Shown one piece after another: positions 11,960 through 25,693 of a stretch of 64,000 bases of DNA. Below the pieces are notes generated by a model that saw only the letters and a program-made list of their open reading frames with translations, searched no databases and had not been told where the DNA came from. The DNA is from Pocillopora damicornis (taxonomy: Eukaryota): positions 496,001 through 560,000 of the forward strand of contig NW_020846655.1 of assembly GCF_003704095.1 (NCBI RefSeq). The letters run 5' to 3'. Both the position numbers and the translations under genes were made by a program. Positions within the stretch are counted from its first letter, which is position 1, and each line of letters opens with the position of its first letter.

Positions 11960-14900
11960 TTCAGCGACCGCTGTTCTTTTCGTATAGGTTATTGTTCGTT
12001 TATAAACTGTTGTTGCTAAGATCAGGGGCATTAACTGTGAAAGCGTTAATATACAGCTTAATATATACAGTACAGTCATAAAGAAAGGTTAGGAAGCGCT
12101 AGCTGATATCATTCGGCAGCCTACTGAGTAACTAAATAACACCTTCAGTGATAATTTCCGATATCTTTGAAAACCGCATCAAAATCCTTAGGCTAGAATA
12201 ATTTCAATTCTTATTTAACCTTTATCGTTACTGCAATGAGCCCTTGTGCAAATTGGATTTGCAATGAAATGATTTCTTTTCCAATCTGATTTTTCCGAAT
12301 TGCGTTTCAACATTCCATTGTTACACTCCTCACGTATTGACGGATTACAACCAAGCTACTTAGTGTAGAATAACATATTCAGCCCGTGCTATGGTTAGAA
12401 CAATGGGTGCAAAGCACATTTCAAATCACTGTACGAAGATAAATGATAAATATACGATATATAGATAAATAAACATCTGCGCATATCATAAAGAATCAAA
12501 TTCTCCGATACACCAATTACAGGTTGAGATTCAAACACAAGAAAAGGCACCACTGGATGCAAAAAGGCGGAACCTTTTTTAGATTAACCTCTGGTAGCGC
12601 CGATAATCCTGACTATTTCCTTAATCGCGTTCAAGTTCTATGTAAAGATTCATTTTTCCTTTTACAAGTTACCTTCTTAAACAACGATTTCTCTGCAGAC
12701 GGGTCAGCGGTACCTGGAAATAAAGGCAAGTTGCATGAGAGAAGTAAATAAATGTTGCAAATTTACTTCGAACCTGGGAGAAAGAAATTTCCTAATCAAT
12801 CAAGAGTATGCAAAGCCCAGAGAACTGAACATTGAAATTTGAACTGTTTTTCTGCCAACCATTTCCCTAAAAGACCCAAAAAGAAGACATGGGAAAAGAA
12901 ATTTCCTTGAAAGTTTCTCAGGCCACAAGTTCCCCTAATGATTATGTATCTTTTGCCTTCTTTAACATGTGAGTTTCGCTTAGGGTTAGGGTTTCGCATG
13001 GATAACAATGAACAATTTGCTTATGCTGTTAGAGAGGAAAGAACATGTGCACATGCGGATAATAGCCTGAGTTCATAGCCATATTAATACTAAAATAGAC
13101 CATCAAGTTGACACTATAGTGTACACGTGGATACACTGTTCAGAATGTAATTAGATTACCGTACATCCTCCAGCATTTATTCAAAATAAAAAAGAAAGGG
13201 CGCTTATTGGAAGGAGGGTGCTTAATCGAGGGGGACCCTTATTAAGAAACTATGAAGCTGAACTGATGCCGTTGTCGTTGAAGCTTAAAAAAATTATGAA
13301 ATGGCGATTGAAACAGGTTTTCCTTGTGTTCCTACTATTTAAGAAAGTGCAGGAAGAGGGGCGCTTGTTTGATACTATGGCCTAGGGGTTGGGTGCTTAC
13401 TTGGGGGAGGGTACTTATTAGAGCGTGAGCGCTGGTTTAAGGAAATATGGTCTGTAAAGTCTCAAGTTGTACAAATAAATTATTAGGGTGTTTTAGATTC
13501 ATGTTTGTTTCTGAATGCGTGTGACCGCAAACGTCTAGGAGTCACTTGACTAGACTCCAGAAGCTCACATGTTGACTTTTTTCAAGTGAAAGCCGACGTC
13601 GATCTAAAATCTGAAAGTCTCGAAACTCCTTATTACAAACTGCTGAAGGCGGTTTGACGTTAGCGGTGAACACACCAAACGTGGATCTAAAACTCTCTAT
13701 TTATATTTAATTCCTACCGCCCTTGAAATGAGTAAGTTTTCTAAGGGACAGCATCAGTAGTTTAAAGTTTGATTGACACGTTATTCCGCGTTTCACTTCC
13801 GGCACAAAATTTGACGTCATTCCTACAAATGTCGCATACCCCGTATTTAACAATCGGTCCGCCATCTTTAATAAGATGCATTCTCTCCCAAACTCCTGAG
13901 GGCATGCTTACGCCACGAAATTTGCATATCAGGTCTCCACATTATTCGCTCCTTTGCGTCGCATATCCACGAGTAAAAACGATAAATCTTGCATCTGGAA
14001 AAGGTGCGTTTCCGTCATGTTGAATTAAAATGGCAAAATTAGATAATTGCTATACCCCTCTGAGACCTCTGAGTCTCGTTGAAAAAACAGATACCATTTG
14101 ACAATGCCACATATTGGCATCTGACAGAGGCCGCGAGCGGTCTTTAACTCGTTGCGCCAGCCCTAATTGCTTTCAGCGCAGAAGGAAGCACCAATCCTGC
14201 GTTGCCTGCCTGCTGTCTTCAACCGTAGGGGTTTCAGGGTCGGTTTTCAAAATGGAGGCGGGAGTATCAGATAATCTATAAGTTGGCATGGCAACTGACG
14301 GTGTGTACATATCCGTAAAGTCAGCAACAAATCACTGGAGACTGTTTATTTTTGGATGTTGGCAAAGGACTTGGAACTCATAAGTCCGTATGCAGAAAGC
14401 CAATGGAGACTGGGGAAACTAGTGTGGAAATAACAGAGCATAGTAATATAAAGACAAATTTGCAGCTTCTTATCATAATGTCTCAATAAAGGCTTTGAAC
14501 TTGAGTTTGTTTTGAATTATATGCTTGTGAGGGTGCCTCAAGGTTTCCTGTAAAAATTCAACGGGCGTAACGACTAAAATAAGTAAAATTACGATTTTTT
14601 TAGCATTACAATCCAGCTTTTATTTTGGTTCTCTTTTACCAAATATATTTGACCAGAAAAATTCGATTCAAAGTTGCTGTTTCTGTTAATCATCTTTCAT
14701 GACGCTTAGTACAAGTGTTTCCTGTTACATCTCTGACAGCAGGTATATTGTGAATTCTTCACCAGCTAAATTTAGTGGTTTTTCTTTCTGTTTTTGTACT
14801 CAAGCTTAGGAACTCCAAATGCATCCTTTTCGCTAGAATACAAGACAAGTTCATGGTTTAAAAGTTTTCTATTACTATTCATAATTTTATAGTATGAACA

Positions 14901-17900
14901 GTGAATTAGTTTCATTATGCAAATCCGCAATTGATGGGGTGGTTTCCTCTGAGAAGAAAACTAAACGAAGTGACTTCCGAAATTTGTGGCAGGAAATTCG
15001 TGCGCTTCAAGTTTGGTGTAATAAATTTTTTGGTTTTCTTTTAAAACAACAGCCTTAAAGCTGGAAAACGGAAAAAATCGAAAAGCGCTAAGGTTTGTTG
15101 ATGTCATTAACTCTTTCAGAAATACTGTTTGAAATTAATCGAGCCACCTTAGGAGATCAACAACGGTTCAATAATTTGGTTTTTACTCCTAAAAGGCATT
15201 GTTATCATGAAAAGAGAATAGAAAAAAAAACCCTCAAGAACAAGTTGCACGTATCGTTCACAAAATTGGTATTATTTGCCGGTTTTATTTATGCGTTCCA
15301 GGGTAGAAATGGATCTTTGAGAAGAAGGTTGCAAGATTATACCGATTGTGTTTTGGAGGCAAACCACAACAAAAACATTTAGCACTTTTTGACACCTGCA
15401 GTAATAAATATTTCAGTAGTTTGTTTTTTAAGACAATAAGCGGTTTGCTAGCTTCTTTTTAAGACTTAAATGACCAAAATATTAGTTGAGCAGAATATAA
15501 ATGAAAAGAAATGTTGAAAAATGAAGGAAACTTATCACGGCTTATGAATTTTTTTTGCAACCTTAACTGATTTAACACTTCACTTATTACTGAGTTAAAA
15601 TCTCTATGTCCAGCCTTTTGTTTCTGTTTTTCGCAATAGGAACAAAAGTTCCTATTTTTCCTCAGGGTAAAAGACTGCTGTTTCCTGCAAACCTCCGATA
15701 AAAACAAAAGAATTTCCTTTCTACATATGTAATTCATTTTCTTGTTTCCCTCTAAAAATTAAACGTTTAAGGCAGCTTTCAAAGGATGAAAAATATTGCA
15801 CTTATTTTGAGTCTTTTGATGTGCGCTGCGCCGGCTCCCAACTTTGTACTGACCTAACATAGCAGACAGACCACAGAAATATTATCAATTGTATATCTGT
15901 AGAAATTGCGGAAAAAAAGCTTCACCCAAATAGGAAATTAATATTCTCTTTGCCGAAAGATGTATATCTGCAACATTGATTTATGCTTGTCGGCAAGATA
16001 ACAAATTTCAAGAACAGTTTTCATCACAGAAATATTCTAGAAGGAAATTAAGATGCGATATTTATTTAAGTTCCAGATGACAGGTGTCTGCTCTAAAACT
16101 GACAGACATAAAGCAACTCTTTTAACGGACGATTTGTGATCGTATATCACCACGAAACCTGTCATTTTACAAAGGAGCGTTAATGTCTTAAACTGTACTG
16201 TTGCGAACTAAATTGAAGCTGAATGGTTAGGGAACTTTCGGGATCTGACAAAACAGAGTGCGCAAAATGGATGTGATATAATAACAGTGATATTTGAGAG
16301 CGCACTACTTATCGAGTTTTGCTTTCTAACGTAACAGCTCCGATTTAAAATGAAGTTTATGCATTTTTTCCGTCTAATTTAGCGGCAGTCTACAGCCTAT
16401 TGATTGCACTTTACTTTTGCTCTAAAGCTAGACTTCGATTTTGAATATGCTATATTTTTTCTACGTGAGATACATAAATTAGGCTAACAATTTATGAATG
16501 GTAATCCTTTTTTTTTCCTTCCTATGTTTTTCGTGAAACTAACTGTGTTGTCACAAATTCAATCATAAACAATACCACCGACCGGGAGCAAACCGGGGTT
16601 ATCTGTTTTGTCAGCCTCTAAGTACCTATAAACGCTGGTTTCCTAATTTTCTTGAACAATATCTCACCATGCATTTAGCGCGGTTGTTTCGTGCAGACAA
16701 TGAATTTCCAGTTTCCTTGAACATTTATACCGTGCTGATATGCAGATGGCAAAATTCGCCAAACAAATTTAATCCAAACTCATTTTCAATGGCGAAATGG
16801 GCAATAAGATACATACTTCATTATGAAATATTGCAGTTTGTAATTTTACGGTAAAAGCAAATTTGTTCAAATCGCAAAAGAATAACATTAACATAACCCT
16901 TCCAAACGCAAAAACTGTAATCATTAAAATATTTTTCTTCGTTTCAAGCACTCTTAAATGTTCCATTAATTTCATGTTCTTTGAACTTGTTTCCTTGTCA
17001 AAGGAAGAGAGGTATTTTCTATAACGTGAACAAATTCAATTTTCCCGGTGCATTATAACGGGGTCAATATTTTATTTGAAAGAAAACGGGGCTGTTCGTC
17101 GATTTTCTTGTGGTGTATTCTTTGTCGACCTTAATCAAGTGATTTTCGCGCTTATTCAGTATAAATGCAAAATGTGATGTCATTATTTTCTTATACCTAC
17201 TGAGCATTTTCGTGTCTTATTGTTACAACATACTGTGTTCATTCAAATTTAATAAAGCTATGGTTCCTTAAAGTCGGCCAAGCTCATAACCAATCATAAT
17301 GAACGCATTACAGCTCGCACGCTAGGAAGAAATCTCTCGCTTATGAACCTCAAAAGCTAAAATCTAAAAACAATTTAACCGATATCACAGCTTTAGCTCC
17401 ACCGCCCGAACATGTGTTGGATTATGAAAGACTTTCGTTATATGGCCTTTCAAAACACTTTTATTTCGTGAGCCGAAAATGTCGTGGTAATAATTTTGCG
17501 AAACAATTTTGTTTCGATCTCGCATGTATTTCAGACAAATCCGACGAGTTTTTCCCGAACCCGTTAGTTCCCTTTGCGTGAGCAGTCAAGCGATCTGTCG
17601 ATCAGTGCGATGGATGAAACTAAACACCAACTATTCATACCACTTAGGTTTCTATTTGGTGTGAAACTTTTCCAAAACAACCTTACATCATTTTGACTTG
17701 GCTGTCAAATCTTTCCGCCATGCGAAATCGATCGATTTCTAAACCCCCTGGTTTCAAATGTTGGTAGTCAATTACCTGATAAAATAAAATCATTTTGTTC
17801 TTTTTGTTTGAGCTGTAAATACGAAACTCTGACGCAAGAAGCTCCTTTGATTCAAGAGACTGAGCCAAAAACACTGCTCATCTATCAGCTTTGAGTTTTG

Positions 17901-19159
17901 ATAATGAGATTCGATTTTGGTTAGTTTCGTGATCTCTGAAAGAAAAGAGAGAAATATCAACAATAAGGAAGAAAGGAAGGGCACTTTCGTTTTATGTTAT
18001 ACTTTGACAAGGGCTTATAGACAGCTCTTACGACAAAAAAGAAAAAAAAAACATGAAAGGCTGGAAAATAGACAAAGTACATCCTATTTGAATAAAATTC
18101 AAGTTGCTTTAGTCAACACGGACGGCATTTGAAAACAATTCAATTTTATTGCATGGATAATGTTTCGCATGGAGTTGGTTAATAACATTAGCACACTATT
18201 TTATCAATTCAAGTTTTTAGCCCCTCTCCATCGCAAAGATTCGTTATCATAGAGGATCTATGTATTTCTCCGACATGAAGCATTGTCTTCAAACCCCAAA
18301 AGCCAAGCTTTAAATTTCAGAAGGCGCCCACTAAATGATTAAGATTATTTTCTTTAGCAATTTCCTTGTTTGCGGATTACGACTTCTGAATTTATTTTTT
18401 AATTTGGAATCACCCAAGCAACCATAAAGTTGGGTAGATTTAGAGGTAAAATGAAACATGGAGAAATCTTGTGTTAAGATTGATTTTTCTCAGCCCGAAT
18501 TCGGTAGATTTTCTCGGCTAGAAATTCATGAATTTCTGTCGATTAAAAAATTAGCAACAGGATTAACCGACTTCATAGTCCGAGGTTAAGCATTATCGAT
18601 GTCCTGTACACTTATTAATTTCATATATGTTAAAATTTTGACGCGCCGAATATAGTGGGCAATTTTTTGTTATACAATATTATTTTCTAAGTGTCTGTCA
18701 AATTCTTGTTAAATTTGGTCAAACCATAAACATGGGAGCATTCGCCCCAAAAATTGCTGACAAAGTCAGCTTAGTTATATGAATATCTTTGAGCATCATC
18801 GGGCAATACAGGTTTATCCCATTTAAGAAACAATTTATGAAAGATGTTACAAAACCTTCTAAAAAATACTATAACGCTCAAAGAAAGTGACAAGGAGCAC
18901 GATACCTACTGTGGAATATTCCTTAAAAAACCTAAACAATCTACAATACTTAAATACGTTTTAATATCTCGTTCTATAATTTATATATCCAGATTATTTT
19001 ACCACAATTTAGAGGCTGGAGTTTCTAAGCACTAGCCTTTTCATACCCGCCTTTCTCAAGTGCTGTTGTTCGTTATTCGCCAGCGGCGAGAAATCAAATG
19101 AGTTCGTCTGCCGCGTATAACCTTTTTTCAGATTTGCATGTGCAGCAATAGTTCTTTAT

Positions 19160-19831
19160 TCAAATGTTTTGAGTCAGTGGAGTGTTCTGCGGCGGCTGCT
19201 TTGCAGAGCTTTTATTTTTGGGGCAGTACTTGATGGTGTGCGACTGGTCCCCGGATGCTTTGCATAGAGGACATGTGTATGCTCTGAGTATTGGACATGT
19301 AGTGTTCCCCTCGGCATCCTTCAGAACATGGCTTGAATAGACTTTTTTGCTTTCTCCGTTATTTCTGCAAAATACACACACGTTCGCATTTCTGTTCTTC
19401 TTACTTTCGCGGTTTTTCCGGTTGCGATTGGCCACTTCGCTGTTGTTTTCGGCGTTCCGTTTGGAAACGTTTCTGGTTGGTGCGCCGGGCGCGAGAGATG
19501 AGCCTGGCGCTTTTGACGTTTCAATGCACAATTCAATGTCTGGATTTCCACCAGAACCCGAGCTCGTTAGAGAGTGATCCGATCCCACGCTGTCCACACG
19601 AGATCTTTTGGTGTAGGTGAAATCATACAAACTGTCTATCCCTGCAGTTCCTTTACCGTTCAACTCAGCGTTCTGTACGAGTCTTATGAGTCCAAAATAG
19701 TCCCTGAAAAGGCGAAATTCGCTCTTTTCGTCGAAACTTGCCTTCAGGTTCGCTACCTCCCGAGCGCTTATCTTACCGTGGCCGGCAAAAATATCTCCAC
19801 TGTAAAACACGCTCAACATCTCGTCTCCCAT
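19160..19831 (-). CDS. nanos: Nanos RNA-binding translational repressor
   Basis: Two CCHC zinc fingers, CVFCRNNGE...YSSHVLKD..G...[26 protein letters not shown], plus an N-terminal NIM-like motif [14 protein letters not shown]. Single coding exon, 223 aa. Confidence 0.97.
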   Translation of the reverse strand: MGDEMLSVFYSGDIFAGHGKISAREVANLKASFDEKSEFRLFRDYFGLIRLVQNAELNGKGTAGIDSLYDFTYTKRSRVDSVGSDHSLTSSGSGGNPDIELCIETSKAPGSSLAPGAPTRNVSKRNAENNSEVANRNRKNRESKKNRNANVCVFCRNNGESKKVYSSHVLKDAEGNTTCPILRAYTCPLCKASGDQSHTIKYCPKNKSSAKQPPQNTPLTQNI

Positions 19832-22800
19832 TGTTTCAAAGAAGCGACTCGTGAGTCAGTTTTTAAATTAGTGTGAGAAATCTAGAGACTATATTTAACG
19901 AATTTACCCCGAGCTCTCCGAGTTCCAGTGACCGCGACCGCCAGTAGTGAAAATTTTGCACTTGTTTCGATCGGGGTGATTAACTTTGTGAATGAAGTGT
20001 ACGGGTTCTGGCTCCAACAATAGCACGACGGCACCTGAGATTGGGAGACTTAAACTAATGCGTGCATGGATCCACAATTATACCCGCCAACCACCACCGA
20101 CGGCAGCTGTCGCAAAGCTTTTCAAACGCAGTCTTGTCACTTATCATAGCCACTGTGAATAAGTTTGAAAGGCACATTGAAAAATTACTTTAAGGAGAAG
20201 CTTTGAACATGTGGTCCGATTGTTCCTATTGAAAACGATCATTAAATTTAACCAATCATATAAGCGCTATTGACGCGGTTTAGAGTGGCACCGCGTGCGT
20301 TTCATAAGTCAGCATTTTAAAAAGAAAACGGGATCGTTTTACATCAATTTGATTGGCTGCTCAATATAAGTGCCGTCAAAAAGCAGCCTGATTTCACATG
20401 TAATTGTTTTTAAGGATGATCTAAAGTTGTCATTATGAATTCATTTTATAAGACAAAACAACAGAGTTGCACGTGGAATCCTGCTGAAAAACAGGCCTGT
20501 TAAAAATAGTCTCAAATAATCTACGCTATTTTCATTACTATAAGGCTTACCAAAAGAGATTTTAAGAACCTATCAGTTCCAACTAAAAACGTCTATTAGT
20601 TTTTTTGCTGATAATCTATCGAAAAAAGAGGTTCAGGTTTCGGTTTCGAAACATTCAAGTTAGAAACGAAACAAAAAAGGCTTACAATTCGCTAATGAAA
20701 GTTTTGTAAACACTGAAACATGCTGCCCATTTCGATTCGCGCCTCAAATTAAACATATAACCTTTGCTTCCAAGACGCTTTCGAAAGCGGTTGTGAGAGG
20801 TAAATATTTTCAAAGTTGGTTTGAAATCGTTGCATCTCTTTGGTGATCGAGGTTAGCGAAAATCTTGAGAATGGTGTTTTGCTTTGTTGTCTTTGCGATC
20901 TTTACGGGTGATCACTTTTAAGAACATGCAAAGATAGTGAGCTCTAGCGTTTGGCGTGGCTGAGAAATAAACATTAATATGGCAGGTGTTCCATATGCTA
21001 ATTATATCATCACAAAGGACAGCTTTGGAATAAATTTTCCTCTTAAAACTCAATATTGCATTGTTTAAGATACTTTTTAATGGCTTTGTTTTCGGTACGC
21101 TGAGCCGCAAATGTGGCAAATTCATCCAAATCGGCACCGTACAAGCAGACGGCCCTTCCCAAAGCCGATTTTATTTCTGTTCTCGCTTTAAGTGGAGTTA
21201 AATTATGAAATATTGAAATAAAGTTAATCCGGTGTTCAAGGTTCCTTTAAATTTAAGCTTTATTTTAGAATTGCCTCTGTTGTGAATAGAGTTTCTGATT
21301 TATTATTAATAAAAAGTCCTGTCTCATTTTGTCTGTGTATTCCTTAATTACAACCAACACTCGAAAGTCCATTATGTGTTTTTGTTTGAACATTTTCGGT
21401 GAGAGTTGAACATGAAACCAGGTAAGTTCTCAGCTTACTGGTGATCAATACAAAGTCTTTCTTTGAACTTCTAGAATGCCAACTTCTTGAGGAGCCGTGT
21501 CTGTCAAATCTAATTATCCCTTCAGGAAAGTAAAGAGTTAGAAAAACTTCCAATTCAATTTACCCGCTCAAAAACTAAAGACCGTCTCTCACCGTGGGGA
21601 ATGAGTCATAAAATTGCTTACCCAAAGATGACAATTGCCCAGTATTTGCATTCGAATTTTTATCATAGCCAGGTGACCTTAAAACAACATCAATTCTAAA
21701 GCGGAAAAATTCGTGGATGCTAGAATGCTAACCTGGAAATAAGCCATACTCAAGGTGTCAGCTCTAAAGTTAGAGGTGGATGTGGGTCGCAAAGCCTTTC
21801 AGTGATTAGACAGCTCATACGGTCAGTTAGGGTAACCTAAAAAACGATCCGTTTTCAAACTTTCCTTTTTATGCATATACATGTTGTTCAGTATATATTA
21901 GATTGGCTTGGATTATTTTGGCAAAGGTTCGAAACTAATCTAAGTGTTCCGGAGCAAACATACTAAATTAATAGGTGCTTGCGGTCAATTGAGAAAGGAC
22001 GGGAGGTTGATCGATAATATAAGTTCATTGAAAGACCGTGAAAGGCTTTCATTCGCGGAAAGTACCTCATTAATTTAACGTAAGAGAAGTACAATTTCCC
22101 TCAAAAGAAGGCGATAAGTTGCTGAGCTGCTTTATCGCATGGTCTTTTTTTAACTCTAGTTACACTGAGGTGCCTAAAATGAAAGAGAATTTTTTGTACA
22201 AAGCATTCTGAAGTTGCACGTAAATAAATAAATCGTTACTTTGTGCTCACTGGTTTTGTCGTTTGTCCTACGTTTTAATCGGCGCTCAGATGCAACGTTT
22301 GAAGTAAGAGACTTGTTCCTTATCCCACTTAGAGCAATTCACCTGAGACAAGCTAACTTGGGTAAGAATACATCAAAATAGCAACCTTAAATTACGTATG
22401 ACATCGCCACTAATCCTAAAACCAATGGATCGGATATAGCGAGTGAATTTTACCTCAGTTTCACATAAATTGACCATACACCGCTCCTCATAATTCATAA
22501 ATACCGACATAGACATTTACGAAACGGAGGAAAGCAAACTCTGTGTGCAATTTTTTTTTTATGGAAGTTCATTGTGTCGATCGTTGACAGACAATAATTT
22601 TGTGGCAAATGTTATTTCTAATGATGAATGACGAAATAAATTTCTTTTAAATTTCTGTCAATCTTTGAATTTGCCCGCGCTTCACTTTGTTAGTTACTTC
22701 AGTTTATTTTACGCGCATCAGCTTTACAGTGACCAAATGTTTATTTATACGAAACAAGTTACACGAGATCGAAGGCATGTAAATACTAATATCACAACAA

Positions 22801-24677
22801 GTATACCCTGGATCCATGTTTGAAATGGTATACGCTGTAAAAGCCACTTTTTGCTGAAGTTGTCACAATAGTTTGCGGGCTTTTTCATCGAAAAGTTTGC
22901 TTTGAACATCTAGAAAGTCGTTAAAAAAGGATAATTTCTGAACGCCATATTGTTAAACGTTTGCGAATTAACCGCTAATGACATGGTTCGTTCCCTGAGT
23001 CCACGTGCGCTAATCTTTGTTTTTGATATCAAAAGCTCTGCAGGAGATAAGTTTGCAAGTCATTCAAAAATGGCATGCATTGTGAAGAACGAGCGCTTTG
23101 AAGGTAAATAATTCATTAAATGTGTATACTTTGAAACTGAACGATTCTGTAAGATTGAGTTATTGGGATGCATTTTACATAAGCTGAATGAAAAGATAAA
23201 ATCCTTTACATCTCTTTTCAAGCGTCATTGATGGTAATTTAAAGATTAGCCGGTTTGGAGGCACTGAATCGTGTTTTTCATTCTGTAAATTAACTGTTAG
23301 CTTTAGAGGGTGAACAATAAGGGAAAGATTTTTCAATTTTCATTGTTCGGTTGTAATGTATTCACAGGTAAAACTCTCTAGGTAATTACATGATTTATTC
23401 AAATTTCTTGAAGCAATTAGCACTTCGTTTACATCCTCTTCATCTTTTAACCGTTTTGAAACTTGTTTTGAAAAAATAGCTTTCGTGTGATTTCAAAAAA
23501 TTAATTCAAACGGATTTGAAAATAAATTTCTTCGTGAAAAATGTGTTTTTATCGACAAAGTTCCCTAAAATATCTGACATTTACTTATGAAGTTAAAGTT
23601 CTATTGGAAATGTTTTATTAGATGTTATTAATTCACTGCTTACCCAACATCTCGTAGATGATAAATGTTCGGGATGGTAACAAGAAGTACAGTTGAAGAA
23701 AACACATTGTCAACTCTAATCAAAAGCGACAGATTCGCAATGTTAGAACCATGAGCATAAGAACACCTTCAAACATGGGATAGAGAGACCTCGTTGCTCT
23801 ACGAAAAAAAGGGAGACATGCATGCAATCACGAGCCAAGGTTTACAAAAGAAGGACAAAGCACATTTGCATCCTGAAATAATTGTGTACACATCGTGCTC
23901 GTTGAAAGTATTACCAGGAGCTTCTGAAAATATTATTTGTTATAATATTCTGGTATTACTTAGCCATTTCAGTTTTTTTGTTCAGATTTTTTTGTTATCA
24001 GTAGGAGCTAATACTGCATTATTTTCTTGTCGTTTGAAACTTGACGTTGCAACGAGAATTGAAGCTTAGTAATTGCCCAAAAGTTTGGGTCAATGTCTCG
24101 CTTTAGATCCACCACAGGTAATTATGCGCTTGAGCCTCTATGGGTCTTTTTTCATACCTTCACAGCCCTGCGTTCTGTGGTCTTCTTCGCAACCAATTTT
24201 TGTGAAGAAGCTTTGCGTAACATCCCGTAGAACGGCTGTAAAGAAGACGATGTTTTTAAATAATATATTTCAGTTTGTTTTACATCAACCCAGAACTTAC
24301 CTTTTGTTGTTATATATCTATTGAAACCAGTTTAAATTATGATAAAACGAAATCTTCACGCACCAATTTTTTCCACCGAAGTTCAGTTTTTGTGGCTACT
24401 GCATTCTGGGAATGCGTAGCCCTTATGTTATCGCCCTGTAAGTGCGTGCGTAAGTTAAATTTTCCGCAGGAAGCCCAGCTGAATATTTCCTCTAGTTCGT
24501 GATATTTTTTTTTTGTTTCCTATTTGGGATTCCTGTGTAACCACGCAAGCGTTCCAAAATAGCATGTTTGTAGCGGTAGTAGCGGTATAAATGGTGTCAG
24601 AAAAGTTTTATAGGCGGTATATTTGTTGATTAAGGTCAGTTTACTATATCATGTTTCTATGATGGCATAGGAAAAGT

Positions 24678-24935
24678 ATGGACTGGACCATTGGACCCTT
24701 GGACCCTTGGACCATTGGACTATTTTTTGGACTCTTTTTGGGACCATTTTTGGGACCATTTTTGGACCATTTTTTTTTGGACCATTTTATCGGGGGAGGC
24801 AGACCATTAGTACTTAGGGAGGGGTGGGATGCAGCTCATCAGTACTCAGGGAGGGGTGGTAGGCGGACTGTTGTTACTAAGGGAGGAAGGAGGAGTACGA
24901 ACTATCAGTACGCAGCGAGGGGTGGGAGGTTGATG
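24678..24935 (+). repeat. Tandem ggacca(t)n units followed by agtac..gggagggg(t)gg units, likely subterminal repeats of a DNA transposon
   Basis: About 10 copies of ggac(c/t) with T-runs at 24680-24790, then about 4 degenerate gggaggggtgg units. Confidence 0.65.
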
Positions 24936-25693
24936 TATTAGCAACAGCTACTGATTAATGGAGTTTTTACTAGATCATACAAATTATTTTGAGCGGTTTT
25001 TCGACTGACTGTTCGTATGTTAAAAATTTTTGCGTTGGGCCGTAGCGTTTCTTTATTTTTTGTCGTGCGAATGCGAAACTAGCACCTAAACACTGGATTA
25101 TAATTGTTATTGAAAATATCGCCAATTCCTGTTTTCGATCCTCCACTGTTAAGTCATGCGTGTGCCTGTTAAGTCGACTTGTACCAGTGCTAAATGATAC
25201 TCATGAGTTAGCATAAATCAACCATCAGTTGCCTCACGTTTCCCTTTGCGCATACAGTAGATCATTAAATTCATCTACCTTCCTTTTGTCATTGATCTTT
25301 TTAGACGACAAAGATCACGGAATTCCCGATCCTTAGCATAGTATTCACGAGCGTTATCGCAATTTTTCACGTTTACACCTTTTCTAGAAAAACATTGTTG
25401 GTACAACTGTACAAATCAATTTTCTTTCTTTTCAGATACACAGTTTTCCCCTATTAGATACACTCAACTCGCGCCTAAAGTTGAATGTCATGTCACGCAT
25501 TTCACTTTCACAGCTTCAGCGCTAGATCATTTTTTAAATAACAGGTTTGCATTTATGGCTTAACATTTGGCGCAATTTTCCTTTCACATAGCCNNNNNNN
25601 NNNNNNNNNNNNNNNNNNNNNNNNNNNNNNNNNNNNNNNNNNNNNNNNNNNNNNNNNNNNNNNNNNNNNNNNNNNNNNNNNNNNNNNNNNNNN

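Noticed and set aside
18300-19159. Possible CPE, Pumilio or polyadenylation elements in the nanos 3' UTR
   Set aside because: U-rich matches are expected by chance in AT-rich DNA and the UTR end cannot be defined without transcripts.
24678-24941. 87-aa ORF with GP(F/L) repeats; short repeat array superficially like a CRISPR
   Set aside because: It is the translation of a ggacca(t)n simple repeat, with no unique spacers, no cas genes and a eukaryotic context.
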